In this document: in pieces, positions 32,696 through 47,070 of the stretch | Numbering within the stretch: the first letter of the stretch is position 1 | Layout: every line of letters begins with the position of its first letter | NCBI GenBank assembly: GCA_963707945.1 | Contig: CAVPRM010000002.1 | Span: forward strand, 100,574 to 164,573 | From: an uncultured delta proteobacterium | Lineage (GTDB): Bacteria > Myxococcota_A > UBA9160 > SZUA-336 | Length of the DNA stretch: 64,000 nt | Direction: 5' to 3' | The notes under the pieces: generated by a model | Told to the model about the DNA's origin: nothing | The model's input: the letters and a program-made list of their open reading frames with translations, nothing else | The model's database searches: none | Position numbers and translations under genes: made by a program

Positions 32696-32723
32696 GCGCG
32701 CAGCGAGCCGCAGGCGAGCGAAG
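32696..32723 (+). repeat. 28-nt dispersed repeat, copy A (GCGCGCAGCGAGCCGCAGGCGAGCGAAG)
   Basis: Exact reverse complement of 51937..51964, checked base by base. Lies in the lepB-pyrR intergenic gap, 2 nt after the lepB stop. Confidence 0.9.
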
Positions 32724-32758
32724 TTCAATTGGACGTGATAAGGTCCGCGCCGACTACT

Positions 32759-32796
32759 CCTCCTTTTAAGTCCATCCAGCGAGGTGGGCAAAGGCA
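32759..32796 (+). promoter_or_regulatory. candidate PyrR-binding RNA element overlapping the pyrR ribosome-binding site
   Basis: RNA reads CCUCCUUUUAAGUCCAUCCAGCGAGGUGGGCAAAGGCA. The core UCCAGCGAGG is one mismatch from the PyrR binding-loop core UCCAGAGAGG. CCUUU...AAAGG can close a stem. It ends 6 nt before the pyrR ATG. Confidence 0.6.
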
Positions 32797-32801
32797 GCGC
32801 G

Positions 32802-33368
32802 ATGTCGACGACGCAGACCGGCGCGGATTCGGCGGCCCAGAGCCGTGAAGGCCGCGTAGTTCTCGACGCCCAGGGAATCCAGCGCGCCGCGACGCGGATT
32901 GCGCACGAGATCCTGGAGCGGAACCCCGGCGCCGACGACCTGTGCCTGGTCGCGATCGTGCGCGGCGGGCAGCCGGTGGCCGAGCTCGTCGCGGCGCAGC
33001 TCGCGCAGCTGGCCGGCAAGCCGGTGCCGGTCGGGGCGCTCGACATCACGCTCTACCGCGACGACGTGGTGGCGCGCGGCGTGCGGCCGATGCCGCGCCC
33101 GACGCGCATGCCGTTCTCGGTGGCGGGGAAACGCGTCGTGCTGGTGGACGACGTCATGTTCACCGGCCGCAGCGTGCGCGCGGCAATGGACGCGGTGCTC
33201 GACTTCGGCCGGCCCGCCGCGATCCAGGTCGCGGTGCTCGTCGACCGCGGGCACCGCGAGCTCCCCATCAAGGTCGACTTCGTCGGCAAGAACATTCCGA
33301 CCTCGCGCGCGGAGCGGGTGGCGCTGCGCGCGCGCTCGGACGGCGAGCTCGAGGTGGCGGTGATATGA
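32802..33368 (+). CDS. pyrR: bifunctional pyrimidine operon regulator / uracil phosphoribosyltransferase PyrR
   Basis: Track ORF 32784..33368. ATG 32802 preferred (AAGG 7 nt upstream). [25 protein letters not shown]...[17 protein letters not shown]...[21 protein letters not shown]. Confidence 0.9.
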   Translation: MSTTQTGADSAAQSREGRVVLDAQGIQRAATRIAHEILERNPGADDLCLVAIVRGGQPVAELVAAQLAQLAGKPVPVGALDITLYRDDVVARGVRPMPRPTRMPFSVAGKRVVLVDDVMFTGRSVRAAMDAVLDFGRPAAIQVAVLVDRGHRELPIKVDFVGKNIPTSRAERVALRARSDGELEVAVI

Positions 33369-34279
33369 GGCATCTGCTGGGCATCGAGGAGATGTCGAGG
33401 GCCGAGATCGAGCAGGTGCTCGAGACCTCGGAGGCGATGCTCGAGATCTCGCAGCGCGAGATCAAGCGCGTGCCGACGCTGCGCGGCCGCACCGTGATCA
33501 ACGTGTTCCTCGAGGCGTCGACGCGCACCCGGGTCAGCTTCGAGATCGCGGCGAAGCGGCTCTCCGCCGACGCGATCAACGTCTCGCGCTCCGGCTCGAG
33601 CCTGTCGAAGGCCGAGACTCTCGCCGACATGGCGCGGAACCTCGCCGCGATGAGCGCCGACGTGCTGGTCGTGCGCGACTCCGTCGCCGGCGTGCCGCAC
33701 ATGCTGGCCGAGCGCGTGAGCGTGCCGGTCGTGAACGCGGGCGACGGCTGCCACGAGCACCCGACCCAGGCGCTGCTCGACGCGTTCACCCTGCGCCAGT
33801 CGCTGGGCACGCTCGAGAACCGGGTGATCGCGATCGTCGGCGACATCGCGCACAGCCGGGTCGCGCGCTCGGACATCCACTGCTTCACCAAGCTCGGCGC
33901 CGAGGTGCGGGTCGCCGGCCCGCCGACCATGATGCCGGCCGGGATCGAGGCACTCGGCGTGAAGCCCTGCTTCTCGCTCGAGCAGGCGCTGGCGGGCGCG
34001 GACGTGATCGTCATGCTGCGCATCCAGCAGGAGCGGCTCGACGGAGCGCTGTTCCCGTCCGTCCGCGAGTACTCCCGGACCTTCGGGTTGACCCAGCGCA
34101 CGCTCGGCCTCGCCAAGCCGGATGCGATCGTGCTCCACCCGGGCCCGATCAACCGCGGCGTCGAGATCGCGAGCGACGTCGCCGACGCCGAGCCCTCGCG
34201 CATCCTCGATCAGGTGACCAACGGCGTGGCCGTGCGCATGGCCGTCCTCTACCTGCTGACCGGAGGCGACAACACGTGA
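33365..34279 (+). CDS. pyrB: aspartate carbamoyltransferase catalytic subunit
   Basis: ATG 33365 overlaps the pyrR stop. [24 protein letters not shown]...[18 protein letters not shown]...[11 protein letters not shown]. Confidence 0.94.
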   Translation: MRHLLGIEEMSRAEIEQVLETSEAMLEISQREIKRVPTLRGRTVINVFLEASTRTRVSFEIAAKRLSADAINVSRSGSSLSKAETLADMARNLAAMSADVLVVRDSVAGVPHMLAERVSVPVVNAGDGCHEHPTQALLDAFTLRQSLGTLENRVIAIVGDIAHSRVARSDIHCFTKLGAEVRVAGPPTMMPAGIEALGVKPCFSLEQALAGADVIVMLRIQQERLDGALFPSVREYSRTFGLTQRTLGLAKPDAIVLHPGPINRGVEIASDVADAEPSRILDQVTNGVAVRMAVLYLLTGGDNT

Positions 34280-35568
34280 GCCGAGTGCGGATCCAGGGCG
34301 CGCGCATCCTCGACCCGGCCAGCGGCCGAGACGAGCTCGGCACCGTCGACATCGCGGACGGGCGGATCGAGTCCGTGGGCCGCGAGTCCGCCGGCGTCCC
34401 CGACCAGGTGATCGAAGCCGCGGGCATGTGGCTCGCGCCCGGCTTCGTCGACTTGCACGCGCACCTGCGCGAGCCGGGGCAGGAGTACAAGGAAGACATC
34501 GAGACCGGCACGCGCGCGGCGGCGGCCGGCGGCTACACCACGGTGTGCTGCATGGCCAACACCGACCCGGTGAACGACACGCCGGCGGTGACCGAGTACA
34601 TCCAGCGCCGCGCGCTCGAGGCGGGCGCAGTCCGAGTGCGCGTGATCGCCGCGGCGACTCAGGGCCTGCGCGGCGAGATCATGTCCGAGATGGCGAGCCT
34701 CGCTGGAGCCGGCGCGGTCGCGTTCTCCGACGACGGCGCGGTGATCATGAACGCCGCGGTCATGCGCCGAGTGCTCGAGTACGCGCGCGGGATCGGCCGG
34801 CCCGTGATCGCGCACTGCGAGGACCTGAACCTGCGCGGCGCGGGGGTGGTGCACGAGGGCGCGCACGCCACCTGCTGCGGTCTGCCGGGCTCGCCGGCCG
34901 AAGCCGAGACGGCGATGGTCGCGCGCGACCTCGAGCTCGCCCGCCTGACCGGCGCGCACCTGCACGTGGCCCACGTCAGCGCCGCCCGCTCGGTCGAGTT
35001 GATCCGCGAGGCCAAGGCCGCCGGCGTGCGGGTCACCGCGGAGGTCACGCCGCACCACCTGGCGCTCAGCGACGAGGCGATCCGGACCTACGACACCAAT
35101 CTGAAGATGGCGCCGCCGCTGCGCAGCGGGCGCGACCGCGAGGCGCTTCGCGAGGGGCTCGCCGACGGGACGATCGACTGCGTGGCCACCGACCACGCGC
35201 CGCACGCGCTCTACGAGAAGGACGTCGAGTTCACCGCCGCGCCGTTCGGCGTGATCGGCTTCGAGACCGCGTTCTCGATCGCGCTCGAGCTGGTGCGCGA
35301 GGAGCGCATGACCCCGCTCGAGCTGATCGACCGGCTCTCCACGCGGCCGGCGCGGGTGCTCGGCATCCCGGGCGGCACGCTCGAGCCCGGCGGCCCTGCC
35401 GACCTCGTGCTGGTCGACCCGGAGCGCGTCTGGAAGGTGGACGCGGCCGGGCTCACCTCGCGCTCGAAGAACTCCGCGTTCCTGTCGCGCGAGCTGCGCG
35501 GCCGCGCGCTGCGCACCTGGGTCGGGGGACGGCTCGTGCACGCGCTGGACGGGGAGGGCGCGGCGTGA
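34276..35568 (+). CDS. pyrC: dihydroorotase
   Basis: 430 aa. [37 protein letters not shown]...HLHVAHVS...VATDHAPH. Confidence 0.93.
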   Translation: MSRVRIQGARILDPASGRDELGTVDIADGRIESVGRESAGVPDQVIEAAGMWLAPGFVDLHAHLREPGQEYKEDIETGTRAAAAGGYTTVCCMANTDPVNDTPAVTEYIQRRALEAGAVRVRVIAAATQGLRGEIMSEMASLAGAGAVAFSDDGAVIMNAAVMRRVLEYARGIGRPVIAHCEDLNLRGAGVVHEGAHATCCGLPGSPAEAETAMVARDLELARLTGAHLHVAHVSAARSVELIREAKAAGVRVTAEVTPHHLALSDEAIRTYDTNLKMAPPLRSGRDREALREGLADGTIDCVATDHAPHALYEKDVEFTAAPFGVIGFETAFSIALELVREERMTPLELIDRLSTRPARVLGIPGGTLEPGGPADLVLVDPERVWKVDAAGLTSRSKNSAFLSRELRGRALRTWVGGRLVHALDGEGAA

Positions 35569-36691
35569 GCGAGCGCGCGGTTCTGGTGCTGGGCGACGGC
35601 ACGGTCTACGAGGGCGAGGCCTTCGGCGCCGCCCGCGACGGCGACCGGCGAGGTCGTCTTCCACACCGGCATGACCGGCTACCAGGAGATCCTCACCGAT
35701 CCGTCCTACGCCGGACAGATCGTGTGCATGACCTATCCCGAGATCGGAAACACCGGCACCAACCCAGAGGACGAGGAGTCGCGCGGCATCTTCCTGTCGC
35801 GGCTTCGTGGTGCGCGACCACGTCGACTTCCCGTCGAACTGGCGCTCACGCGAGTCGCTCGACGCGTACCTCGTGCGCCACGACGTCCCGGGCATCAGCG
35901 GGATCGACACGCGCGCGCTCGTGCGGAAGCTCCGCTCGTCGGGCTCCATGAACGGGATCATCGCGCGCGGGGCGATCGACCTCGCAAAGCTGCGCGCGCG
36001 CGCGGCGGCGCTGCCGTCGATGGCGGGGCTCAACCTGGTCGACGACGTCACCTGCAGCGCCCCGTACCAGTGGACGGAGTCCAAGGCCTGGAGCCTCGCC
36101 AAGCCGCCCAAGCCGGTCGCGCGCCGCTACCACGTGGTCGCCTACGACTACGGCATCAAGCGGAACATCCTGCGCGAGCTCGTCAGCGTCGGCTTCGACG
36201 TCACGGTCGTGCCCGCGCAGACCACCGGCCGAAGCCGCGCTCGCTCTCCAGCCCGACGGCATCTTCCTCTCCAACGGCCCCGCCGACCCGCGCGAGGTGA
36301 AGTACGCGCCGCCCGACGGTGCGCAAGCTGATCGAGAAGAAGCCCATCTTCGGCATCTGCCTCGGCCACCAGATCCTCGGGCTCGCGCTCGGCGGCACCG
36401 TGCGCAAGCTGCGCTTCGGCCACCACGGCGCGAACCAGCCCGCGAAGGACATGCAGACCGGCCGGGTCATGATCGCGTCCGAGAACCACGGCTTCGCGGT
36501 CGACGTCGAGTCGCTCGCGCACGACCCGGACATCGAGGTCACTCACGTGAACCTGAACGACCAGACCGTCGAGGGCCTGCGCCACAAGCGCTTCCCCGCG
36601 TTCTCGGTGCAGTACCACCCGGAGGCGTGCCCCGGACCGCACGACCTGGGCTACCTGTTCGGGCGCTTCCGCGCGCTCGTGGAGTCGTCCC

Positions 36692-36699
<8 letters not shown>
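35565..36699 (+). CDS. carA: carbamoyl-phosphate synthase small (glutaminase) subunit; four +1 indels (~35646, ~35800, ~36228, ~36311)
   Basis: GTG 35565. [26 protein letters not shown] | [51 protein letters not shown] | [16 protein letters not shown]...[33 protein letters not shown] | [26 protein letters not shown] | [27 protein letters not shown]...SVQYHPEA. Length 1135 = 3n+1 with 4 extra bases. Confidence 0.92.
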
Positions 36700-39886
<3,187 letters not shown>

Positions 39887-39888
39887 CG

Positions 39889-42234
39889 TTGTCGCGCTGG
39901 CGCGACGCCGTCCGCGCCGTTCGAGGCCCGCTCGAGTTCGCGCAGCGCGGCCCCGAGGCCGCGGAGCGCGTGCTCGAGCTCGCGGCCACCTTGCGCGGGG
40001 CGCTCGAGCGCGCGGCCGAGTTGTGGATCCCGCCCGAGGCGGCCAAGCGGCTGCGCGCGGCGAGCGAGCTCCTCGCCGACGGCGCGAGCCCCGAGGCGCT
40101 CGCCGCGGTCGCAGCCAAGCTCGCGCCGCTCCTCGACCCGGCGTTTCCCGAGCGCTGCCTCGCGCAGCCGGCGTCGCGGGTGCCCGGGGTCGGACCCAAG
40201 ACGGCGCAGGCCCTGAAGCGCAAGGAGATCGCGACGGTCGAGGACCTGCTCTTCTTCCTGCCGCGCGCGTACGAGGACCGGCGCGAGATCGTGTCGATCG
40301 ACAAGCTCGAGATCGGGCGCACCGCGTCGTTCGCCGGGACCGTGACGCGGAGCAGTGTGGTCCCGCTGCGCAACGGCCGCCGCTTCTTCCAGGCGATCGT
40401 CTCCGACGGCACCGGGGCGGTGCAGCTCAAGTGGTTCCGCGGGATCGCCAGCTTCGAGGAGCGGCTTCAGCCCGGCGCGCGCGTGCTGGTCGCGGGCGAG
40501 GTGCGCCGCTACCGCTTCGCGAAGGAGCTCCACCACCCCGACGTCGAGATGCTCTCGGCCGAGACCGAGGCGGGCGAGCTGCCGCGGATCGTGCCGAGCT
40601 ACTCGGCGGTCGAGGGGCTGGCGCCGCGCAGCGTGCGCCGGCTGGTCGAGTCGGCGCTGCGCTGCGCCGGCGACCTCGTCGACGGCTGGCTGCCCGAGCC
40701 GAACGTCGCGGAGCTCTGCCTCGCCGAGATCGGGGCGTCGCTCCGCGAGGTGCACCTGCCCGGCGTCGGGCTCGAGCCCGAGCGCCTGCGCGCCCGCGAC
40801 ACGCCGTACCACCTTCGGCTGGTCGCCGAGGAGTTGTTCCTGCTCCAGCTCGGACTCGAGCAGCGGCGCCGCGAGCTGCGCGCGCGCTCGACCCAGCCGC
40901 TCGCGCTCTCCGCCGACGCCGAGAAGGAGGCGCTCGCCGCGCTGCCGTTCCGGCTGACCGGCGATCAGCTGCGCGTGTGGGGAGAGATCCGCGCCGATCT
41001 CGCGCGCCCGGCGCCGATGAACCGGCTCCTGGTCGGCGACGTCGGGACCGGCAAGACGGTGCTCGCCGTGCTCGCGGCTGCGGCCGCGCGCGCCGCGGGC
41101 CGGACTACGGCGCTGCTCGCGCCGACGGAGCTCCTGGCCGAGCAGCACTTCGCCACCTTGCGCAAGCTGGCCACGCCGCTCGGCCTGCGCAGCGCCTACG
41201 TCTCGGGCGCGACGCCGCCGCGCGAGCGCCACATGCTGGCGCGCGCGCTCGAGCACGGCGACGTCTCGGTGGTGGTCGGCACGCACGCGCTGCTCTCCGA
41301 GTCGGTCGAGCTGCCGCGGCTGGGCCTGGTGGTGATCGACGAGCAGCACCGCTTCGGGGTCGCGCAGCGGCGCGCGCTCGCGACCAAGGGCGAGAGCCCG
41401 CACCTGCTCGCGATGTCGGCCACGCCCATCCCGCGCTCGCTCGCGCTCACCGTCTTCGGCGATCTCGACCACTCGACCCTGCGCGAGAAGCCCGAGGGGC
41501 GCGCGCCGATCGAGACCCGGGTGGTCGCGCCGACCGCCGGCCGCGAGGTGATGCAGGTCGTGAACGACACACTGCGCCGCGGCGAGCAGATCTACGTGGT
41601 CTACCCGCTGGTCGAGGAGTCCGAGAAGGCCGACCTGAAGGACGCCACGAACGGCTTCGAGCGCCTGCGCAAGGCACTGCCCGGCGTGACGGCCGCGCTC
41701 GTCCACGGCCGGCTCGACCGCGACCTGCGCACGCAGGCGATGAACGACTTCGCGGCGGGGCGCGTGCGCGTGCTGGTCGCGACCACCGTGGTCGAGGTCG
41801 GCGTCGACGTGCCGAACGCCACGCTGCTGATCGTGCAGCACGCCGAGCGCTTCGGCCTCGCTCAGCTCCACCAGCTGCGCGGCCGGGTGGGGCGCGGCGC
41901 GCGGCCGGGTCGCGCGCTCTTCATCGGCGACCCGACCACCCCCGAGGGGGTCGAGCGCCTGGCGCTGCTCGAGCGCACCGACAGCGGCTTCGAGATCGCC
42001 GAAGCCGACCTGCGCATCCGCGGCGCGGGCGAGTGGCTCGGCACGCGTCAGGCCGGTCACCTGCCCGAGCTGCGCCTCGCCGACCTGGTCCGCCACGGCG
42101 AGTACCTGGCCGCGGTCCGACGAGCTGCCGAGCAGCTCCTGCGCCGAGACCCGAAGCTGGAAGCCAGCCCCGGCCTGGCCGCCGCCGTCGCCCGCCGCTG
42201 GGGCGCCCGGCTGGAGCTCGCCGCCGCTTCCTAG
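39889..42234 (+). CDS. recG: ATP-dependent DNA helicase RecG
   Basis: 781 aa, TTG start. VPGVGPKTAQALK..., wedge domain, MNRLLVGDVGTGKTVLAVLA, VIDEQHRFGV, LAMSATPIPRSL, QLHQLRGRVGRG. Confidence 0.93.
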   Translation: MSRWRDAVRAVRGPLEFAQRGPEAAERVLELAATLRGALERAAELWIPPEAAKRLRAASELLADGASPEALAAVAAKLAPLLDPAFPERCLAQPASRVPGVGPKTAQALKRKEIATVEDLLFFLPRAYEDRREIVSIDKLEIGRTASFAGTVTRSSVVPLRNGRRFFQAIVSDGTGAVQLKWFRGIASFEERLQPGARVLVAGEVRRYRFAKELHHPDVEMLSAETEAGELPRIVPSYSAVEGLAPRSVRRLVESALRCAGDLVDGWLPEPNVAELCLAEIGASLREVHLPGVGLEPERLRARDTPYHLRLVAEELFLLQLGLEQRRRELRARSTQPLALSADAEKEALAALPFRLTGDQLRVWGEIRADLARPAPMNRLLVGDVGTGKTVLAVLAAAAARAAGRTTALLAPTELLAEQHFATLRKLATPLGLRSAYVSGATPPRERHMLARALEHGDVSVVVGTHALLSESVELPRLGLVVIDEQHRFGVAQRRALATKGESPHLLAMSATPIPRSLALTVFGDLDHSTLREKPEGRAPIETRVVAPTAGREVMQVVNDTLRRGEQIYVVYPLVEESEKADLKDATNGFERLRKALPGVTAALVHGRLDRDLRTQAMNDFAAGRVRVLVATTVVEVGVDVPNATLLIVQHAERFGLAQLHQLRGRVGRGARPGRALFIGDPTTPEGVERLALLERTDSGFEIAEADLRIRGAGEWLGTRQAGHLPELRLADLVRHGEYLAAVRRAAEQLLRRDPKLEASPGLAAAVARRWGARLELAAAS

Positions 42235-42302
42235 TGACTTGGCTCAGCGCTCGGGGTGGCCTGCTGGCAGCCCCGGGCCGCCTCGAATATCCTGGCGCTC
42301 CC

Positions 42303-43223
42303 ATGCCCGATTCCGCCGTAAAGGCGCGGACCGCCGCGATTTTTCCGCGACCGGTCGCTCGCCTGCCCGAGCACTGCAAGAGCCCCGCTCGGCCGGGTCC
42401 GGCGGCGGTCGAGATGAAGCGCATGCTGCGCCGGCGCGGGCTCCACTCCGTGTGCGAGGAGGCGCGCTGCCCGAACCTTCCCGAGTGCTTCGGCAGCGGC
42501 ACGGTGACCTTCATGCTGCTCGGCGACGTGTGCACGCGCGCGTGTCGCTTCTGTCACGTCGCGACCGGATTGGGACGACCGGTCGATCCCGATGAGCCGG
42601 AGCAGGTCGCTGCGGCGGCGCGCGAGCTGGGCTTGCGACACGTGGTTCTGACGAGCGTGAACCGCGACGATCTCCCAGACCAGGGCTCGACGCAGTTCGC
42701 GCGCACGATCGCCGCGCTGCGGCGCGCCGCGCCGGATGCGACGGTCGAGGTGCTCACCCCCGACTTCCGCGGCGACACCGATTGCATCGACCGGGTCGCG
42801 GACGCCGGCCCCGAGGTCTACAACCACAACCTCGAGACGGTGCCCCGCCTGTACCGCGAGGTGCGGATCGGCGCGCGCTACGAGCGCTCGCTCGGCTTGC
42901 TTTCGCGGGTGAAGGCGCGCCGCCCGGAGGCGCTCACCAAGTCGGGGCTCATGCTCGGCCTGGGCGAGACGCGCGGGGAGCTCGGCTCCGTCTTCCGCGA
43001 TCTGCGCGCCGCGGGCGTCGACTGTCTCACGCTCGGGCAGTACCTGCGACCGACGCTGCGACACTGGCCGGTGGCGCGCTACCTCGAGCCGCTGGAGTTC
43101 GCCGAGCTCGGCGCCGAGGCGCGCGCGCTCGGGTTCCGCCGCGTCGAGAGCGGACCGCTCGTGCGCAGCTCCTTCCACGCCGATACGGCGCTCGACCTCC
43201 TCTCCCCCCTCCGAGGCTCCTGA
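42303..43223 (+). CDS. lipA: lipoyl synthase
   Basis: ATG 42303 inside track ORF 39717..43223. LHSVCEEARCPNLPECFGSGTVTFMLLGDVCTRACRFCHVATG (both Fe-S cysteine clusters), ...VYNHNLETVPRLY. Confidence 0.93.
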   Translation: MPDSAVKARTAAIFPRPVARLPEHCKSPARPGPAAVEMKRMLRRRGLHSVCEEARCPNLPECFGSGTVTFMLLGDVCTRACRFCHVATGLGRPVDPDEPEQVAAAARELGLRHVVLTSVNRDDLPDQGSTQFARTIAALRRAAPDATVEVLTPDFRGDTDCIDRVADAGPEVYNHNLETVPRLYREVRIGARYERSLGLLSRVKARRPEALTKSGLMLGLGETRGELGSVFRDLRAAGVDCLTLGQYLRPTLRHWPVARYLEPLEFAELGAEARALGFRRVESGPLVRSSFHADTALDLLSPLRGS

Positions 43224-44398
43224 TGGCCAAGTTCGACAAGCTGGACCGATTGCCCCCGTACGTGCTCGCGATCGTGAACGATCTGAAGGCGCGCGCGCGG
43301 CGGGCCGGCGAAGACGTGGTGGATCTCGGCTTCGGCAATCCAAACCACCCGACGCCGCCGCACGTGGTCGAGAAGCTCGTCGAGGCGGCGCGCGATCCGC
43401 GCAACCACCACTACTCGGCGTCGCGCGGGCTCCCAAACCTGCGCCGCGCGATGGCGCGCTGGTACCAGCGGCGCTACGCGCTCACGCTCGACCCCGAGAC
43501 CCAGATCATCTCGACGATCGGCGCGAAGGAGGGCCTCTCGCACTTCGTGCTGGCGGCGGTCCAGCGGGGCGACACCGTGCTGTGTCCGGACCCGTGCTAC
43601 CCGATCCACAGCTTCTCGGTGCTGATCTCGGGCGGCGACATCCGGCGCGTGCCGCTGCACCCGCTCGACGGCCTGGTCGCGCGGCTCGACGAGGCCACCC
43701 AGGCGAGCTGGCCGCGCCCGAAGATGTTGATTGCGTCGTTCCCGCACAACCCGACCACCGCCACCGTCGATCTCGCGTACCTGGCGAAGCTTGTCGAGTT
43801 CTGCCGCCGCAACGACCTGATCCTGGTGCACGACCTCGCCTACGCCGAGATCTGCTACGACGGCTACGCTTCGCCGAGCGTGCTGCAGGTGCCCGGAGCG
43901 TTCGACGTCGCGATCGAGTTCACCTCGCTCTCGAAGTCGCACGCGATGGCGGGCTGGCGGGTCGGCTTCGCGGCGGGCAACCCCGAGTACGTGCGCATGC
44001 TCGGGCGCGTGAAGAGCTACCTCGACTACGGCACGTTCCAGCCGATCCAGATCGCCACGATCATCGCGCTCGACGGTCCGCAGGACTTCGTGGCGGAGAT
44101 CGTCGAGGACTACCGGCAGCGGCGGAACGCGCTGGTCGACGGGCTCGAGCAGGCGAGCTGGAAGATCGAGAAGCCCCTCGGGACCATGTTCGTGTGGGCG
44201 CCGGTGCCGGAGCGCTTCGGCAGCCTTGGGTCGCTCGAGTTCTCGAAGCTCCTGCTCGAGAAGGCGCAGGTCGCGGTCGCGCCCGGCGTCGGCTTCGGAC
44301 CGGCGGGCGAGGGCTTCGTGCGCTTCGCGCTGGTCGAGAACACGCACCGGATCCGCCAGGCGGTTCGCTCGATGCGAAAGCTGCTCCGCGATGGCTGA
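43223..44398 (+). CDS. class I/II pyridoxal-phosphate aminotransferase (AlaC/AspC-like)
   Basis: ATG 43223 overlaps the lipA stop. VVDLGFGNPNHPTPPHVV..., YSASRGLPNLR, SFPHNPTTATV, FTSLSKSHAMAGWRVGF (PLP lysine). Sits in the usual position upstream of hom-thrC. Confidence 0.85.
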   Translation: MAKFDKLDRLPPYVLAIVNDLKARARRAGEDVVDLGFGNPNHPTPPHVVEKLVEAARDPRNHHYSASRGLPNLRRAMARWYQRRYALTLDPETQIISTIGAKEGLSHFVLAAVQRGDTVLCPDPCYPIHSFSVLISGGDIRRVPLHPLDGLVARLDEATQASWPRPKMLIASFPHNPTTATVDLAYLAKLVEFCRRNDLILVHDLAYAEICYDGYASPSVLQVPGAFDVAIEFTSLSKSHAMAGWRVGFAAGNPEYVRMLGRVKSYLDYGTFQPIQIATIIALDGPQDFVAEIVEDYRQRRNALVDGLEQASWKIEKPLGTMFVWAPVPERFGSLGSLEFSKLLLEKAQVAVAPGVGFGPAGEGFVRFALVENTHRIRQAVRSMRKLLRDG

Positions 44399-45698
44399 GC
44401 GGGCGCTGCGCGTGGGGCTGGTCGGCTTCGGCACGATCGGGACCGGTCTCGTGCGCGCGTTCCAGAGCCACGGGGCGCTCGTGAACGAGCGGCTCGGCTT
44501 CCCGCTCGAGCTCGCGCGCATCGCCGACATCGACCTCGAGCGCGACCGCGGCGTTCCGGTCGGCGCGTACCGGCTGTCGCGCGACTGGCGGGAGCTCGTC
44601 GACGATCCGTCGATCGACCTCGTGGTCGAGCTGGTCGGTGGCACGCGCGTCGCGAAGGACGTGGTGCTCGCCGCGCTCGACGCAGGCAAGCACGTCGTCA
44701 CCGCGAACAAGGCGCTGCTCGCCACGCACGGCCCGGAGATCTACGCGCTGGCCGCGTCGAAGGGCACCGAGATCGCCTTCGAGGCGAGCGTCGGCGGCAC
44801 CATTCCCGTGCTGCGCGCGCTGCGCGAGGGCCTCTGCGCCGACCGGATCCTGTCGCTGCACGGAATCGTGAACGGCACCTGCAACTACATCCTCACCGAG
44901 ATGGAGGCGAACGGGGAGCCGTACGAGGCGTGCCTGAAGCGCGCGCAGGACCTGGGCTACGCCGAGCCGGACCCGAGCTTCGACGTCGACGGCGTCGACT
45001 CCGCGCACAAGCTCGCGATCCTGGTCGGGCTGGCCTTCGGCGCGCGCCTCGCGCCGGACGCATTCCCGATCGAGGGCATCCGCCGGATCGTCCCCGCCGA
45101 CGTCGAGTTCGCGCGCCGGATCGGCTTCCGCATCAAGCTGCTCGCCGTCGCCAAGCGCGGCGCGAACGGGATCGAGGCGCGCGTCCACCCGACCATGATC
45201 CCGCAGGCAGCGGTGCTCGCGGGCGTCCTGGGCTCGATGAACGCGATCGAGACGCGCGGCGAGCTGTCCGGTCCCACCTTGTACTACGGCGCGGGCGCGG
45301 GTCCGCTGCCCACCGCGAGCGCGGTCCTCGCGGACCTCATGGAGCTCGCCCGCGCGCGCCGGCTCGGCGTCACCGGCCGGGTGCCGCCGCTCGGCACGCC
45401 CGAGCCGCGCGACGCCGCGCTGTGTCCCCCGGGCGAGCAGCGCGGCGAGTTCTACGTGCGCTTCGACGCGCTCGACTCGCCGGGCGTGCTGTCGAAGATC
45501 ACGGGCGCCTTGGGGGCGCGCGGGATCAGCATCGCGAGCGTGCTCCAGGAGGAGCGCCACGCATCGCGCGCGGTGCCGATCGTGCTCACGGTTCACGAGG
45601 CGCGCCAGGCCGACCTCGACCTGGCGCTGGCCGAGATCGCGCGCCTGCGCGAAGTGGTCGCGCCGGCCCAGGTGATCCGCATCGAACGGGAGCTCTGA
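44391..45698 (+). CDS. hom: homoserine dehydrogenase
   Basis: ATG 44391. [16 protein letters not shown]..., [41 protein letters not shown]-terminal ACT-like [22 protein letters not shown]. Confidence 0.93.
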   Translation: MAERALRVGLVGFGTIGTGLVRAFQSHGALVNERLGFPLELARIADIDLERDRGVPVGAYRLSRDWRELVDDPSIDLVVELVGGTRVAKDVVLAALDAGKHVVTANKALLATHGPEIYALAASKGTEIAFEASVGGTIPVLRALREGLCADRILSLHGIVNGTCNYILTEMEANGEPYEACLKRAQDLGYAEPDPSFDVDGVDSAHKLAILVGLAFGARLAPDAFPIEGIRRIVPADVEFARRIGFRIKLLAVAKRGANGIEARVHPTMIPQAAVLAGVLGSMNAIETRGELSGPTLYYGAGAGPLPTASAVLADLMELARARRLGVTGRVPPLGTPEPRDAALCPPGEQRGEFYVRFDALDSPGVLSKITGALGARGISIASVLQEERHASRAVPIVLTVHEARQADLDLALAEIARLREVVAPAQVIRIEREL

Positions 45699-45699
45699 C

Positions 45700-47058
45700 A
45701 TGACCCCGAGCCGCCAGCCCAAGTACGACGCCTGGTTCGAGTGCGCCAAAGGCTGCGAAGGCCGCTGGGAGCTGACCGAGGTCATCTACCGCTGCCCCCA
45801 CTGCGAGGGCCTGCTCACGGTGCAGCACGACCTCGAGCGGCTGAAGAAGACCCCGCCGCAGAAGTGGATGAAGATCTTCGAGTCTCGCGCGCACTCGACC
45901 GAATGGCCTTACGGTTCCGGCGTCTGGGGCAAGCGGGAGCTGGTCTGCCCGATCGTCGCCGAGGACAACATCGTCTCGATGTTCGAGGGTCACACCAACC
46001 TGTTCTGGGCCAAGCGGCTCGGCGAGCAGTGGGGCGTCGAGGACCTCTGGGTGAAGCAGTGCGGCAACTCGCACACCGGCAGCTTCAAGGACCTGGGCAT
46101 GACCGTGCTCGTGTCGGTCGTGAACGAGATCCGCAAGCGCGGGGGAGACATCCGGGCCGTCGCCTGCGCCTCGACCGGCGACACCTCGGCCGCGCTCGCC
46201 GCCTACGCGGCGTACGCGGGTATTCCGGCGGTGGTGCTCCTGCCGCGCGACAAGGTCTCGCTCGCCCAGCTCCTGCAGCCGGTGGCCAACGGCGCGATCA
46301 CGCTCTCGCTCGAGACCGACTTCGACGGCTGCATGGCGATCGTGCAGAAGATCGCCGAGCGCGACGGCATCTACCTGGCGAACTCGATGAACAGCCTGCG
46401 CATCGAGGGCCAGAAGACGGTCGGCATGGAGATCGTCCAGCAGTTCGACTGGGAAGTGCCGGACTGGATCGTCATTCCCGGCGGCAACCTCGGCAACGTT
46501 TCCGCGCTGGGGAAGGGCCTGCTCGAGTGGCTCGAGCTCGGCATCATCGACCGCCTGCCGCGCATCTGCTGCGCGCAGGCCGCCAACGCCAACCCGCTGT
46601 ACAAGAGCTACCTCACGGACTACGAGAAGTACGAGCCGATGATGGCGCTGCCAACGCTCGCGTCGGCGATCCAGATCGGGAACCCGGTGTCGATCGACCG
46701 CGCGATCTCGACCCTGCGGCGCTTCGACGGCATCGTCGAGCAGGCGACCGAGGACGAGCTGGCCGAGGCCGCCGCGGCCGCCGACCGCACGGGCCTGTTC
46801 AACTGTCCGCACACCGGCGTCGCGCTGGCGGCGCTGCACAAGCTGCTGCGCCGCGGCGAGGTGAAGCGCGACCAGAAGGTGGTCGTGATCTCGACCGCGC
46901 ACGGCCTCAAGTTCACCGACTTCAAACGCAGCTATCATGCGGGCCAGCTGGACGGCATCGAGTCGCGGCTCGCCAATCCGCCGATCCCGCTGCCCGCGCG
47001 CTACGAAGAAGTGCGCAGCGAGATCTTCCGACAGATCGACTTGCGCTTCGGCAGCTGA
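45700..47058 (+). CDS. thrC: threonine synthase
   Basis: 452 aa. N-terminal Zn-ribbon-like [24 protein letters not shown] (PLP lysine), [17 protein letters not shown]. Confidence 0.92.
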   Translation: MTPSRQPKYDAWFECAKGCEGRWELTEVIYRCPHCEGLLTVQHDLERLKKTPPQKWMKIFESRAHSTEWPYGSGVWGKRELVCPIVAEDNIVSMFEGHTNLFWAKRLGEQWGVEDLWVKQCGNSHTGSFKDLGMTVLVSVVNEIRKRGGDIRAVACASTGDTSAALAAYAAYAGIPAVVLLPRDKVSLAQLLQPVANGAITLSLETDFDGCMAIVQKIAERDGIYLANSMNSLRIEGQKTVGMEIVQQFDWEVPDWIVIPGGNLGNVSALGKGLLEWLELGIIDRLPRICCAQAANANPLYKSYLTDYEKYEPMMALPTLASAIQIGNPVSIDRAISTLRRFDGIVEQATEDELAEAAAAADRTGLFNCPHTGVALAALHKLLRRGEVKRDQKVVVISTAHGLKFTDFKRSYHAGQLDGIESRLANPPIPLPARYEEVRSEIFRQIDLRFGS

Positions 47059-47070
47059 GAGGGAGACCCC

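Noticed and set aside
42236-42302. TGGCAG...GGCC upstream of lipA as a possible sigma54 promoter.
   Set aside because: The spacing and the -12 element (TTGC) do not match the TGGCAC-N5-TTGC consensus.
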